Shown: piece by piece, positions 29,801 through 38,111 of the stretch
How the letters are laid out: each line of letters opens with the position of its first letter
Position numbering within the stretch: the stretch's first letter is position 1
NCBI GenBank assembly: GCA_016187335.1
Contig: JACPJW010000001.1
Location: 480,001 to 544,000, forward strand
Length of the DNA stretch: 64,000 bases
Origin: Candidatus Aenigmatarchaeota archaeon
GTDB taxonomy: Archaea > Aenigmatarchaeota > Aenigmatarchaeia > GW2011-AR5
Direction of reading: 5' to 3'
Notes under the pieces: model-generated
The model's database searches: none
What the model was told of the DNA's origin: nothing
The model's input: only the letters and a program-made list of their open reading frames with translations
Program-made: the position numbers and the translations under genes

Positions 29801-30394
29801 AGCGATACGCAGATCGGCTCGGCGGTAAACGGGGTAGTTTCCAACAAATATGAGCTGACAGGATTCCAGTATAATGTGACGACAAGCGGCGTCAACACGC
29901 TGTTCGTTGTCCTTAACACGACAGCAAAGCCTTCATGGAATCCCGAGGTGTACTTTAACCTGAGCATCGCGTCAACGGATGACGTGAACATAATAGGCGC
30001 CGTAACGGCAACCAACATGTCGGAAACGCTGACGACAGTGCTTATGAACTCAACAAAGATAACTTACAGGGGATGGTATAATTTCACCTTCACAAGCAGT
30101 GGAACCATTACCGCGTTTGGAGTCGGGTGGAACAGTTTCACTTTGCCTATACAGACGGATATAGAAGGGACTGGAAGAAACGCTTCAAGCACAGGCAACT
30201 TTAATGTATCGTCCATAATGTCGAGCTTAGGCTCAAACTGGAGGTACATACGCTACAACACGAATGGCTCAAGTACAGGCTGGGTGCTTGCCGACAGGAC
30301 AGATCCTGGAGGCTCAACGCTTCAGTACATGAACAACACGAACAGCAATCCTTACTGGATAAACATGGCTGCGACAGACAGGCTTGAGCTGTGA
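23804..30394 (+). CDS. Giant (2196 aa) Asn/Thr-rich repeat surface glycoprotein
   Basis: N-terminal signal/TM; 10 repeats with L(F/Y/V)(N/K)D(T/S)xxxGxxxxxD; three CP..W..C modules; dense NxS/T sequons; C-terminal GWNSFTLP...PYWINM domain. Confidence 0.9.
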   Translation: MMLPMDMRKGVVKGFVAVSAIFLLALAVFFVANYVFTVFATASLSSNNVAAGQGNATFDTNQTGIDINITINITSISGGVSQAIQAIDVNITQAGFVNVTAENLRCPDSATLTWVNSSLTAGTDVVLRCANGTAAGAAQLNNTVTQLRIVGLTARNSPGTPTFNVSLKYNSSMAVENSTLMTLTILELQASSSLNDTTSRIDEQRSYNFTITNNATENENYEKIDEIRIDYTLSGFTDTGGANVTCPTNLGTPAWDLVNSSASNVIRCSKPASGGSSLDKGSSTNIVIRNWGASPIAQTRRFIIIVNGTNANGTYTVANQSSPSVVVNGTINVTGTSVTPSTVARNATNVTLMRYAFNTVGEQFNVSLIKLTLSGSAAESDFDGIRLVNDSNADGAYDATDTPVLNASALSAARQYEFVGNLRISDNNTLLLVANFSGSAVGGRTFRFNLNATSDIDSLGGNSGANVTESLVTTQSNQGTIHGTLVVKGYNLVPTTKAINTANLAFAYLEFNATGEGMNISLFNITRTGSATDSDVVLVRLFNDTNANAAFDAGTDTQLGAALNASSSSQYTFTGFQYNISAGSESRIFIVANITSATGGRLVSFGLNRTGDLQVVGAATNENFTATKNISFVTAQSGTTKIHGTLNIIGKALNPNTTAINTAGLAVLLLNFTAEGETINVTQINLTRTGSVTDGDGIFNVSLYNDTDRSGTWNSADIVVTNDTANALNVTTSSQYIFLTLNDQSGDLAGNGYNVTTAGSSLLVVVTTNASTSTGGKTFNLTLNGSGSVQAFTNTSAVNLTGSTNVTLTTTNGNLTTIFGTLAVSGTHIAPATADAGQLAVAILNVTFAATGEQMNITQINITLNNTNNNDASAVKLYNDTDRSGSVNAGDLLVATATVSGSIARFGTGAGQLFNVSAGAQKTMLVAYDINSTATGGDTLDAHLDAAGNLTVTSGTSGLSITASGTPVNPAGSTQVVALVATVTLDFTSTTITATDNYNFTIQNTGGEEINSMMIDYTASGYFDPLGSDVTCPTIAGGAWTKTNVTTINTLNCTSPGGANNLAVNGKANITVKNFQAGTSAGIKTFIVQVRGTSGGFFNATSSNVTVSGFLNITGANQIAAAVAVNSTNVSVIRYNFTASGEQMNITVIKLTRAGTSRESDIVSVKLFNDTNADQLYTQATDATQIGTTKTANNTGGQYEFTGLSFFVPTDGNMSLFAVVETGGTTSTGGKTLILNLNGTGDVNAAGSSTGANITENLTGTASTASTIFSKLVVLGKSLVSSTVGLNTSGLAVVQFNLTSQGGEQINITEINLSRVGSVVDGDVFNVSLYNDTDLSGTFNGGDTAIGTVGLNTTASPGLYRFTAINFNMTTATKTLFVVLTVNDTGSGRTFNVSINSTGSIHAWATTSNINLTGTTNLTLTTASSSTTTIAGGFTVTGKNLAPSTKVISTAGLPVLQLNFTATGEMMNVTVIKITQKGSVTAGEVYNVSLYKDTDASGTFNAGDTLLGSPQNTTSASQYVFTGFLYNITTTAQGNSTLFVIVTINNTAGNAFNLSLNSTGDIDTLSDTTQQNVSETITTAESSTTTIHGTLTVTGKTIAPLTKVIGTANLSVLQLNFTASGEAMNISLVNFSLIGTATEANLTNVRLVNDTNGNGQYDATTDTLLSPVLNTTSGVLFRFGSLTYFANTGGVNTIFVVVNITGVTAGTGGNFFNFSINTTNDMHVVGRSSIINITATTNITLTSTASSVNTTIHGTLNVTGKSLAISATTPSTANYTVMLINFTAVGEGMNITKINITRSGTATDGNFTLLRLFNDTDLSGTFNGGDLQMLGAINSSTNGEYVFSGLFNITGGASNTLILVINITNTASGGATFNFSVTGTDKLQVFTTSSNVNLTASSNITVSNVSSSTTTINSVTLQGLSLIETATNKTLDSGTGFYEIPSNEANIAVMRINLTAVGENMNLSVIKLTRAGSSGLSDDNIVNVRLFNDTNGNGRFDSGSDTQIGSAVNGVVSNKYELTGFQYNVTTSGVNTLFVVLNTTAKPSWNPEVYFNLSIASTDDVNIIGAVTATNMSETLTTVLMNSTKITYRGWYNFTFTSSGTITAFGVGWNSFTLPIQTDIEGTGRNASSTGNFNVSSIMSSLGSNWRYIRYNTNGSSTGWVLADRTDPGGSTLQYMNNTNSNPYWINMAATDRLEL

Positions 30395-30425
30395 TAAACT
30401 TTCTTAGAAAGAAAGTTTAATCAAA
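30395..30425. repeat. Dispersed mini-palindrome directly after the giant gene stop
   Basis: taaactttctt-aga-aagaaagtttaatcaaa. Confidence 0.75.
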
Positions 30426-30481
30426 GAAATAATCCCTTTTATTTTTATTTGCATTATATTCATCAGAACGGGTGTGGAAAA

Positions 30482-31810
30482 GTGAAGAATAAATTTTTTT
30501 TATCACTGACGGTATTTTTAGTTCTGCTTGCTTCCGTTTCATTTGCATCGCCTTACTTCTTCAAAGGCATTGCCCATGTCAACGGCTCCCTGGCGCCTAA
30601 CGGCACTGTGATAGAAGTTTTTATCCCATCCAACGCTTCAACCCCGCGAAGTTCCGTGACAATAGGAGAAGGTAATCTGGCCGGCCTTGACCCCGGCAAA
30701 TACGTCATTTCATTTGACGCCGACGCCGGCAATACGCTTTCGTTCAGGGTCAACGGATTAAACATGACCACAGGCAACGGGACGGACAACACAACGCAGA
30801 CACTGGGCGCGGATATTGTATCAGGCTTCAATCTTTCAATAAACAAGTCAGCCAACGCCGCGGCGTGCACTTTTGCTAATGCATGCACAGGCGGCTTCTG
30901 CGTGCATTCCCTATGCAGGAGCGCGTCAACCTTCTGCGGCGACGGATTCTGCGATTCGGGCGAATCCACGTCCAGCTGCAGCGCTGACTGCGGCTCATCA
31001 TCAAGCAGCAGCAGTAGCACCAGCGGAGGCGGCGGAGGCGGGGGGACAGGGCCTTCAACAACGCTGCCGTCAACAACGACATCGCCTGTGACCGTAACGG
31101 CAAATACGCCGGCAGCAGTTGCAATCACGGAAACAAAGCTGCCCGTGAGCGAGATAGTTTTGACAACGAATGCTGATGTGACGAATGTCCAGGTTACTGT
31201 CAAGGAAGTTTCGCAGCCTTCCGGCGCGAGCGTTGCAATTTCCTCGGATGTCGGCAAAGTTTTCAAATACATTGAAATAACAACGACCGCCGCCGTCGCT
31301 CAGGTCAGCAAGGCAAAAGTGAAATTCAAGGTTGACAAGGTATGGCTAAGCTCGAATAATATTGATTCGTCAACAGTCGCTTTGAACAGGCTTGTCGGCA
31401 CTTCATGGACCAAGCTGCCTACGACAAAGACGTCGGAGGATTTCGCCGTCGTATATTTCGAAGCAGAAACGCCGGGCTTTTCAACCTTTGCTATTACCGG
31501 AGAGAAAGTAACCGCTGCGCCCGCGTGCGGCAACAATATTATTGAATCGGGCGAGGAATGCGACAGTCAGCAGCTTTCAGGGCAGACGTGCGTGACAAAA
31601 GGATTCACGGGCGGAACGCTGAAGTGCACTTCGTGCAGGTTTGATACAAGCGGATGCACGGGTCCCGGGCCAGCGCCGCCGCCGGGCGAAGAAAAGCCGC
31701 CTGAGGAAAAGCCAATAACTGCTGTCCCAGACATAACACTTTACGCTGCGATAGCTGTTGTGATCCTGCTGGTTTACTACTTCTTTTTCCGCAAAAAGGG
31801 GAAGAAATAG
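30482..31810 (+). CDS. PGF-pre-PGF domain surface protein with Cys-rich modules
   Basis: YFEAETPGFSTFAITG, KVFKYIEI, CGDGFCD, CGNNIIESGEECD; C-terminal TM + RKKGKK; likely GTG start at 30482. Confidence 0.9.
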   Translation: MKNKFFLSLTVFLVLLASVSFASPYFFKGIAHVNGSLAPNGTVIEVFIPSNASTPRSSVTIGEGNLAGLDPGKYVISFDADAGNTLSFRVNGLNMTTGNGTDNTTQTLGADIVSGFNLSINKSANAAACTFANACTGGFCVHSLCRSASTFCGDGFCDSGESTSSCSADCGSSSSSSSSTSGGGGGGGTGPSTTLPSTTTSPVTVTANTPAAVAITETKLPVSEIVLTTNADVTNVQVTVKEVSQPSGASVAISSDVGKVFKYIEITTTAAVAQVSKAKVKFKVDKVWLSSNNIDSSTVALNRLVGTSWTKLPTTKTSEDFAVVYFEAETPGFSTFAITGEKVTAAPACGNNIIESGEECDSQQLSGQTCVTKGFTGGTLKCTSCRFDTSGCTGPGPAPPPGEEKPPEEKPITAVPDITLYAAIAVVILLVYYFFFRKKGKK

Positions 31811-31905
31811 GAAAATTACATGATACGAGAACATACCACCGACTTTAGTCAGTGGATTATGTTTATATCACTTTCTTAAATTTTCATCTTAATCTTATTT
31901 GCATT

Positions 31906-32475
31906 ATGTTGCCAAAAAAAGTTGTGCGAAGCAAATTATTATTTGTCTTTATGCTGTTTTCCGTTCTTCTCGTATCCGGCTGCGTCCAGCAGCAGAGGGA
32001 AATAAAGGAGATTACCATACCCGGGCATCCCCAGATATATTCATTCAGCAACGACTTGCGCGAGGTTCTGAAAGTCCCTGTCAGCGGCAAGGCTGACATG
32101 CAGATTTTGTTTCTGCAAAGCAGTTCAATAGACATAGTTTTCAACGGGACAAGCACGCAAGACAACGCTTACTTCAGGGTGGTTCTCATAGATATGATAA
32201 CGAAGATGCAGGCATATGCTTCAAATGAAGGGAAGCAGCTGACGTTCAGGTCGTATTATTTTGTTGACAGCAAATGGTACAATTCCACGAACGGGGAAAT
32301 AGAAAAGCCTGGGCTGGGCACAGCCATCTGGCTCAAGGGTCCCGAAACAGGGGCCGAGGAAACCTCTGTAAGAGCTGATGAAAGCATAATCACGGTGCAG
32401 GGCACTTCTTACAAGAACCTTACGCTTGCAGGCGACCGTCTCGTTCTTGTTGTTTTTGGGATAGACAGAATATGA
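31906..32475 (+). CDS. Lipoprotein
   Basis: Lipobox LLVSGC after a hydrophobic signal. Confidence 0.75.
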   Translation: MLPKKVVRSKLLFVFMLFSVLLVSGCVQQQREIKEITIPGHPQIYSFSNDLREVLKVPVSGKADMQILFLQSSSIDIVFNGTSTQDNAYFRVVLIDMITKMQAYASNEGKQLTFRSYYFVDSKWYNSTNGEIEKPGLGTAIWLKGPETGAEETSVRADESIITVQGTSYKNLTLAGDRLVLVVFGIDRI

Positions 32476-33857
32476 TTAAAGGAAAAAGGACGATGGAATT
32501 AAGAAACATAAGCACGAAGAACGAAAAGCGCTCTGCATTGGAAATTATTTACGAGAATAAATTCATTGCGGCAATTTTTCTTTTCAGCACCCTGTTCTTT
32601 TTGTGGCAGCATTCCACGGGATTTTCATGGGATTTTTCTGCTTACATTCTTAACGCAAAGTATCTGGCTGGTTCGGGTTTTTATTATGAATGGGCAAGGC
32701 AGCCTTTGCCTTCGTTGCTGATGCTGCCGTTTTCATTTTTTGGCTGGCTCCTTGCGGAATATGCCTACATTATTTTTGTTTCTTTGCTCCATCTGTTTTC
32801 TTCTCTGAAGTTCGCCGAAAAATTCGGCGTTGACAGGACTTTGTTTTATGTTTTTTCAATGAACGCTTACGTCCTTGTATTCGGGCAGAAGCTCGGCAGT
32901 GAGCTGCTTTCCCTGGCGATGCTGCAGCTCTTCATGGCTTATATTTACGAAAAGAGGACGGGTATATTTGCAGCACTTTCTTTTCTTGCGCGATACAGCA
33001 ACCTTAATTTTCTGGTTTTCATTTTTCTTCAAAGAAATGCGAAGAAAATAATAATTTCCTTTTTCCTGGCCCTGTTTGTCATATCGCCGTGGCTTTATTT
33101 CAACTACGCAAGAACAGGAAATCCGCTGACAAGCGTCAGGGATTCATACCTGCTTAACATTGTTTTCAGGAACCTGGATAACTACGTAAATTCCTTCAGC
33201 CTTTTTGATTTGCTGCTTGCGCTGAACCTGCTGCTTCCTATCATGCTTTTTGGATTGCTTTCTGAAAGGGGCGAAAAATACCACGTTGTGCTCGCTTTTC
33301 TCGCGCTTTCGGTTATATCGTACTTTTTTATACCGTTCAAGGAAGAAAGATACCTGTTTCCGATAACGCTGCCGGCTGCCTTTTTTGCCGCAAAGGGAGC
33401 GGAGAATCTTGATAAGCGTAAAATTATGCTCGTGTTTATTATTTTTTCCCTGGCGCTTTTGTTCTTTCTGCTTCCATTAGCAAGGAACGAGCCGCCTTAT
33501 CTTTACCAGTCAGTAAAATCTGATTGCATGGCCCGGTCAAACGCATGGGTAGCGCTGAATTATTACGGCGTCCCGAGCGAGCCTTACCCTGAGCAGAAGG
33601 ATTTTGCCGCCGCGCTGGAAGAAGGCTACAGGATTATTCTGTTCAAGGGCACAAAATTTCCGGTTTACGTAAATAATGAGACGTTCCTTGGACAATTTCC
33701 CGTCATGGAAGAAAACGACGGGGTTGTCGTTTACGGCGATTCCGGCAGATGCAAGAAGCCGGCAAGGTATGAGATGCTGTTTTTTGACAGGATAAGAAAA
33801 AAGATTGAAGAAGGCGACGTTGTCTGCGATTTCTTCTCATGCCGCTATTTGAAGTAA
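32472..33857 (+). CDS. GT-C-fold (ArnT/PMT-like) polytopic membrane glycosyltransferase
   Basis: About 10 TM helices; WDFSAYILNA..YYEWARQPL first loop; LARY, KEERYLFP. Confidence 0.7.
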   Translation: MIKGKRTMELRNISTKNEKRSALEIIYENKFIAAIFLFSTLFFLWQHSTGFSWDFSAYILNAKYLAGSGFYYEWARQPLPSLLMLPFSFFGWLLAEYAYIIFVSLLHLFSSLKFAEKFGVDRTLFYVFSMNAYVLVFGQKLGSELLSLAMLQLFMAYIYEKRTGIFAALSFLARYSNLNFLVFIFLQRNAKKIIISFFLALFVISPWLYFNYARTGNPLTSVRDSYLLNIVFRNLDNYVNSFSLFDLLLALNLLLPIMLFGLLSERGEKYHVVLAFLALSVISYFFIPFKEERYLFPITLPAAFFAAKGAENLDKRKIMLVFIIFSLALLFFLLPLARNEPPYLYQSVKSDCMARSNAWVALNYYGVPSEPYPEQKDFAAALEEGYRIILFKGTKFPVYVNNETFLGQFPVMEENDGVVVYGDSGRCKKPARYEMLFFDRIRKKIEEGDVVCDFFSCRYLK

Positions 33858-33864
33858 GAATTTG

Positions 33865-34170
33865 TCAATATCCCAGTTCTCTCAAAATTTTTCCTGCAGC
33901 TTCATCAGACGTGAACCCATGTGAATTTTCAATCAGCCTGCCGTTTGACCCTTCATAAGTGATAGAAAAGCCATCATAGATTCGCTCTATGGTAACTTCT
34001 TCTTCAGGCTTCCCGTCCCTATTTCTCGTAAACGTAGTCCCCAGCCTGTTCTCTCTTCCCGGAACCCGTTTCTCAGCAAGTGAACTTCCAAGTTTCCCAG
34101 CGGCGTTTTTACCACCTTTCTCCAAAATCGTTTTGATTGAACTTTTTGAAAAGTTCACCTGATTAATGGC
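33865..34170 (-). CDS. Possible hypothetical protein (start uncertain)
   Basis: 3' part of ORF 33865..34323 fills the gap; no clear ATG outside the upstream gene. Confidence 0.35.
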   Translation of the reverse strand, partial: AINQVNFSKSSIKTILEKGGKNAAGKLGSSLAEKRVPGRENRLGTTFTRNRDGKPEEEVTIERIYDGFSITYEGSNGRLIENSHGFTSDEAAGKILRELGY

Positions 34171-34172
34171 AA

Positions 34173-34802
34173 TCAGCAGAGTCTTTCGTAACTGGAGCAC
34201 AATATCTGCTGGACTTTTTCCCTTGTCTGCAGGCCTTCGTATTTCGTTCCGTTTATTACTATGGCAGGCGTGGCGTTGACCTGGTAGTTTGCCATGAGAA
34301 GCCTTATGATAGGCTCCTCCCACTCCCTGTTGAAGGCAAATACGCTTATGCTTTCGTTTGAGCGGTAAACAAGGTAGTCAAGGACCCTTCCCTGTTCCCT
34401 CGATATTTCCGATTCATCAAAGAAAAATATGACGCGGGGGGTTGTTATGTTGCACTGCTCTTCCTGGACTTCCGAGAAGAACCAGTACCTCATCAGCGAT
34501 ATTACGTACTGTTTCTGCAGCGTTTTCGCTTCTTCCTTGGGGATGTCGCCGATGTCAAATTTCCTCCCCAGATCGACCTTTCTTTTTATGACGTCCGGCA
34601 GCCTGTAGCCTATGTAGTCGCAGGCATTCGTGTTTTTTATCAGCGACAATTCCAGTTCAAGGCTCTGGAAATCAAGGAGGTCATTCTGCAAAGTCCTCTG
34701 TATTTCCTCTGTTCTTGAGGCTGTTATTTTTGAGCCTATGAAAAGCCCCGAGACGAAAACCAGCGAAGTTATCAGGAACGCAATAAGGTATTTCTTATCC
34801 AT
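34173..34802 (-). CDS. Membrane-anchored thioredoxin-fold-like protein (no CxxC)
   Basis: N-terminal TM; YQVNATPAIVINGTKYEGL C-terminal motif. Confidence 0.7.
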   Translation of the reverse strand: MDKKYLIAFLITSLVFVSGLFIGSKITASRTEEIQRTLQNDLLDFQSLELELSLIKNTNACDYIGYRLPDVIKRKVDLGRKFDIGDIPKEEAKTLQKQYVISLMRYWFFSEVQEEQCNITTPRVIFFFDESEISREQGRVLDYLVYRSNESISVFAFNREWEEPIIRLLMANYQVNATPAIVINGTKYEGLQTREKVQQILCSSYERLC

Positions 34803-34907
34803 GTTAAAAATCACTCCATGATTTTTACACCTCAGAAACCTTCGGTTTCTGCAGGTATCAGCACCACATCATATTACAGTTAATTTAGGCAGTCCGATAC
34901 CTCCATC

Positions 34908-36107
34908 TTACCACTTCTTTTTTGTTCTCAGCATCTCCTGCGTGAAAGCCGCTATCCAGAGGAAAAGGTTTATGAAAGGGTAAACAATCATGTAGAGGGC
35001 GTATTCAAAGGGGCTTATTTTTTCCTTTATCTGACGCTCGCTGACTTTCAGTATGAGAAGGAACGTTGCAAACAGCGTCACAACGAAAAATGTGAAGGGA
35101 TTTATAAAATTGAAACTGGCCGTGCCGAAAAAATACAGGAAGTCGTAGCCGACAAGCTTTATATCAATGATATTTTTAGCCAAGGCAAGCAGGAAATCGT
35201 AGATTCCGAGCACGAGAAACGGGCTTGTGACAGCCAGAAGTATGTACTGTATGGGGAGTATGAAAATCCCAAGGTCACCATGCTTTTTTGAGAAGAACAT
35301 GTGCGAATATTTTTTTGTGTTGTAAATGTGCCCGCGATACCATCGCATGCGCTGGTCAAAAAGGTCGTGCATTGTTTTTGGCACCACGGTATAGGCGTAA
35401 TCCTCTGCCGTATTTTCTATCCTGTAGCCGTTGTCTTTCAGGCGAAGCCCTATCTCAAGGTCCTCCGTCAGGTTGTCCTCGTCAAAGCCCCCCAGTTTCT
35501 TCACTATTTCCGTTTTATAAAGCGCAAATCCCGGGGTGTAATACAATGAATTCAAAAAGCTCATCAGCTTTCGCGTGAAGGAAGCTATCATATACTCAAT
35601 TTTCTGGATTCTTTCCACAAAGTTGCGGGGTTCCACAGGCTTTATGACTGCTATGACAGCCGCGGCATCACTGGAAAAATAAGCCATCATGTTTCTCAAT
35701 GCGTTTTTTGACAGGGACGTGTCGGCATCAATAAAACCGAAGAATTTGCTGTTCACTGTTGAAAGGCCGGTATTGAGCGCGGCTGCCTTCCCCCGGTTTT
35801 CCTTTCTTATGTACCTTATGAAAGAATATTTTCTTGACAGTCTTTTGCCTGCTTCAGCTGTACTGTCCGTAGAGCCGTCGTCCACGATTATTATTTTCAG
35901 GCCCGGATAGTCCTGGCCTATCAGGGATTCCACGCAGTTTTCCAGATGATGCTCTTCGTTGTGGGCAGGTATGATCACTGACAATGAAGGCAGTTTTTTT
36001 AGGGATTTTCTTTTCGTTTCCTTGTTTCCAAGGAAAACCAGAAGCCAGAAAACCGACACGAAAAGCGACACGTAAACTGTTGTGTAGAAAAGTATGTCGT
36101 CAATCAT
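34908..36107 (-). CDS. Processive GT2 glycosyltransferase (CesA/PgaC-like)
   Basis: IIPAHNEE, VDDGSTD, GKAAALN, IDAD, TED, DQRMRW; N- and C-terminal TMs. Confidence 0.92.
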   Translation of the reverse strand: MIDDILFYTTVYVSLFVSVFWLLVFLGNKETKRKSLKKLPSLSVIIPAHNEEHHLENCVESLIGQDYPGLKIIIVDDGSTDSTAEAGKRLSRKYSFIRYIRKENRGKAAALNTGLSTVNSKFFGFIDADTSLSKNALRNMMAYFSSDAAAVIAVIKPVEPRNFVERIQKIEYMIASFTRKLMSFLNSLYYTPGFALYKTEIVKKLGGFDEDNLTEDLEIGLRLKDNGYRIENTAEDYAYTVVPKTMHDLFDQRMRWYRGHIYNTKKYSHMFFSKKHGDLGIFILPIQYILLAVTSPFLVLGIYDFLLALAKNIIDIKLVGYDFLYFFGTASFNFINPFTFFVVTLFATFLLILKVSERQIKEKISPFEYALYMIVYPFINLFLWIAAFTQEMLRTKKKW

Positions 36108-37061
36108 CTAGCGGACCTCTTTCTTTGTGACTTCTCTTAAAACGACGGTAGCGTAGCTGCCTGGCGGCAGGGTAAAGTTTAGCAACGCTTTGTTGCCATT
36201 AATCGTATATTTTAAATAAGTTTTAATAAATGCCTTTCTTTCGCCGCCGGAGCACGACAGCCTGAGCTTGCTGACCATGAAATCCTTCGGGCTGATTTTT
36301 TCCCTTTTCATTATTTCGGAGGACTTTCCAGGCTTCTTTGTATTGCAGCCAATCAGCGGTATGAAGCCGCTGAAGTACTTCCCTTTCCTCACATAGCCAG
36401 CCAGCGTTTCATTGAAAATCCACGACTGGTAGGCGTTTACAAAGAACTTTAGGATTTCTTTTTTAACGTGGAATATTTCCTTGTAGTCTTTGCCATAAGA
36501 CTTGTTTATCAATTGCAAAGCTTTGTCAAACTTTCTTTTGACGATAAGCCGCCCTATGGCATGGTTATTGCCGCCGGCTCCGAAACGCTGCGGCCCGAAA
36601 TAATTAGGAAAGCCCCTTTTGTTTATTTCTGCAATGACTTTTTGCAATTTCTTTGCATTACATCCGTGCAGGGTTATTATAAATTCGTTGCCGATAAGGT
36701 TTCCTTTTGACAGCATTTTGTCGGAGGTTCCCGCCTTAACCAGTTCAATGCCGTTTTCTTTGAAGTCGCTCCCCCCTTCCATTGTTATGTGCTGTTCCGT
36801 TACGGCTTTCTTGTCTTTGAGGCCGGCAAAGCCTATTTTGCCTGCGCCGAACCTTTTCCTCAGCAATGCCAGGGCTTCGTGCGTCGTCATGTTCCTTTTT
36901 CTCAGCAGGAAAAGGTCGTACTTTCCTTCTTTCCTGCTGACACCGCCTGCCGTCCTGTACTTTGCAAAGTACTTCCTGTGGATGGTTTCCTTTACAATAA
37001 AATCTTCGGGCGATTTTATTTTTCCACCCGTTCCTGCTGACCTCGTCCAGTAAGGAAGCAT
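36108..37061 (-). CDS. truD: tRNA pseudouridine(13) synthase
   Basis: IKSPEDFIVKE, FAGLKDKKAVTEQ, GFPNYFGPQRFG, FTLPPGSYATVVLRE. Confidence 0.93.
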   Translation of the reverse strand: MLPYWTRSAGTGGKIKSPEDFIVKETIHRKYFAKYRTAGGVSRKEGKYDLFLLRKRNMTTHEALALLRKRFGAGKIGFAGLKDKKAVTEQHITMEGGSDFKENGIELVKAGTSDKMLSKGNLIGNEFIITLHGCNAKKLQKVIAEINKRGFPNYFGPQRFGAGGNNHAIGRLIVKRKFDKALQLINKSYGKDYKEIFHVKKEILKFFVNAYQSWIFNETLAGYVRKGKYFSGFIPLIGCNTKKPGKSSEIMKREKISPKDFMVSKLRLSCSGGERKAFIKTYLKYTINGNKALLNFTLPPGSYATVVLREVTKKEVR

Positions 37062-37081
37062 GAGAATACTTCGGGCGCAGT

Positions 37082-37426
37082 TCATTTAAGCAGCGGCAGC
37101 GAGCCCGTGACCCTGTTTATTACGCCGTCTTCGTGCGGGCCGATGCCCAGAGCGGTTATCGTTCCGGGCTTCGTTTCCGTAAGGCCCGCATCAGAAATTA
37201 GTGCATGAGGTATCCTGAGATGCTCGCATTTTTCCTTCAGCAGCAGCAGCTCTTTAAGGTCTTTTGCCTTTAGTATGACTTTCTTTTCTCCTTCTTTGTT
37301 CCATAATCCGATTATCTTTTTGTCGGAGCGCTTGTACGCCTCCAGCGATGCGTGGGCGCATTGCGCGGCTGTTTTTCCTTTGCTCAGCTTCAGGTCAGCT
37401 CTTACAACAATAACCTGCTTGTACAT
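37082..37426 (-). CDS. pth2: Peptidyl-tRNA hydrolase 2
   Basis: YKQVIVVRADLKLSKGKTAAQCAHA, DAGLTE..PGTITALGIGP. Confidence 0.95.
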   Translation of the reverse strand: MYKQVIVVRADLKLSKGKTAAQCAHASLEAYKRSDKKIIGLWNKEGEKKVILKAKDLKELLLLKEKCEHLRIPHALISDAGLTETKPGTITALGIGPHEDGVINRVTGSLPLLK

Positions 37427-37451
37427 GGCTAATTAATGTATAAGCTGGTTT

Positions 37452-38039
37452 TTAGCTTTTGGCTGCCGCGGCCAGAATCCTCTGGACAGCTGATATGTTC
37501 GTCAGAACAGCGAGGAGAATGATTGCGTACGACAAATAAAGCGTGCTGAAATGCGCGGCCACTATGCCGGCAAACAGCAGAATAAGCCGCTCGGCCCTCT
37601 CAAGAAAACCTCCCTTTATTTCAGCAATTTCTTTCTCCTTTGCCGCGGCCTTCGCGTAAGTAGTCATCATGCTTCCGAAAAAGTAAATGAACAGCCAGAA
37701 ATATGAAGGAAAAAGCAAGCCCGGGATGTTTACGAACAGGAGCCCGATGATAATTATTCCTTCAACGTACCTGTCAATGATTGTATCCAGGTAAGCTCCC
37801 AGTTTTGTGACGTTGCCCGTGACCCGCGCCACGCTTCCGTCAATAAGGTCTATGAACGATGCGATAATGAAAAATGCCGCTGAAAGAAGGAACTGTTCCC
37901 TGACTAGGAAATAAAGCGCCGCAAAGGTCGGCAGCAGCGTGAGCAAAGTCCACTGGTTCGGGCTCAATCCCAAACGGCTGAATATTATGCCGACCTTTAC
38001 GCTGAGTTTGTTGAACCTTTCCCTTTGTCTGTACAGCAT
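37452..38039 (-). CDS. CDP-alcohol phosphatidyltransferase (archaetidylinositol-phosphate synthase-like)
   Basis: SPNQWT, DLIDGSVARVTG..TKLGAYLDTIIDRYVE, ERAER. Confidence 0.92.
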   Translation of the reverse strand: MLYRQRERFNKLSVKVGIIFSRLGLSPNQWTLLTLLPTFAALYFLVREQFLLSAAFFIIASFIDLIDGSVARVTGNVTKLGAYLDTIIDRYVEGIIIIGLLFVNIPGLLFPSYFWLFIYFFGSMMTTYAKAAAKEKEIAEIKGGFLERAERLILLFAGIVAAHFSTLYLSYAIILLAVLTNISAVQRILAAAAKS

Positions 38040-38111
38040 ATAACATGCTCCTTTTGATTCTTCAATGCACAGGAAGCGTGTAACGAATCCATGTCCATTG
38101 AATCTCGAGAA

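Noticed and set aside
24055-30249. Many long minus-strand ORFs antisense to the giant surface gene
   Set aside because: Shadow frames produced by the Thr/Asn/Ala-rich codon bias of the real gene; no motifs or plausible starts.
23804-30394. Recurrent DNA words as a possible CRISPR array or DGR template/variable repeat pair
   Set aside because: Repeats are in-frame protein repeats about 450 bp or more apart; no regular spacers, cas genes, reverse transcriptase or adenine-specific mismatch pattern seen.
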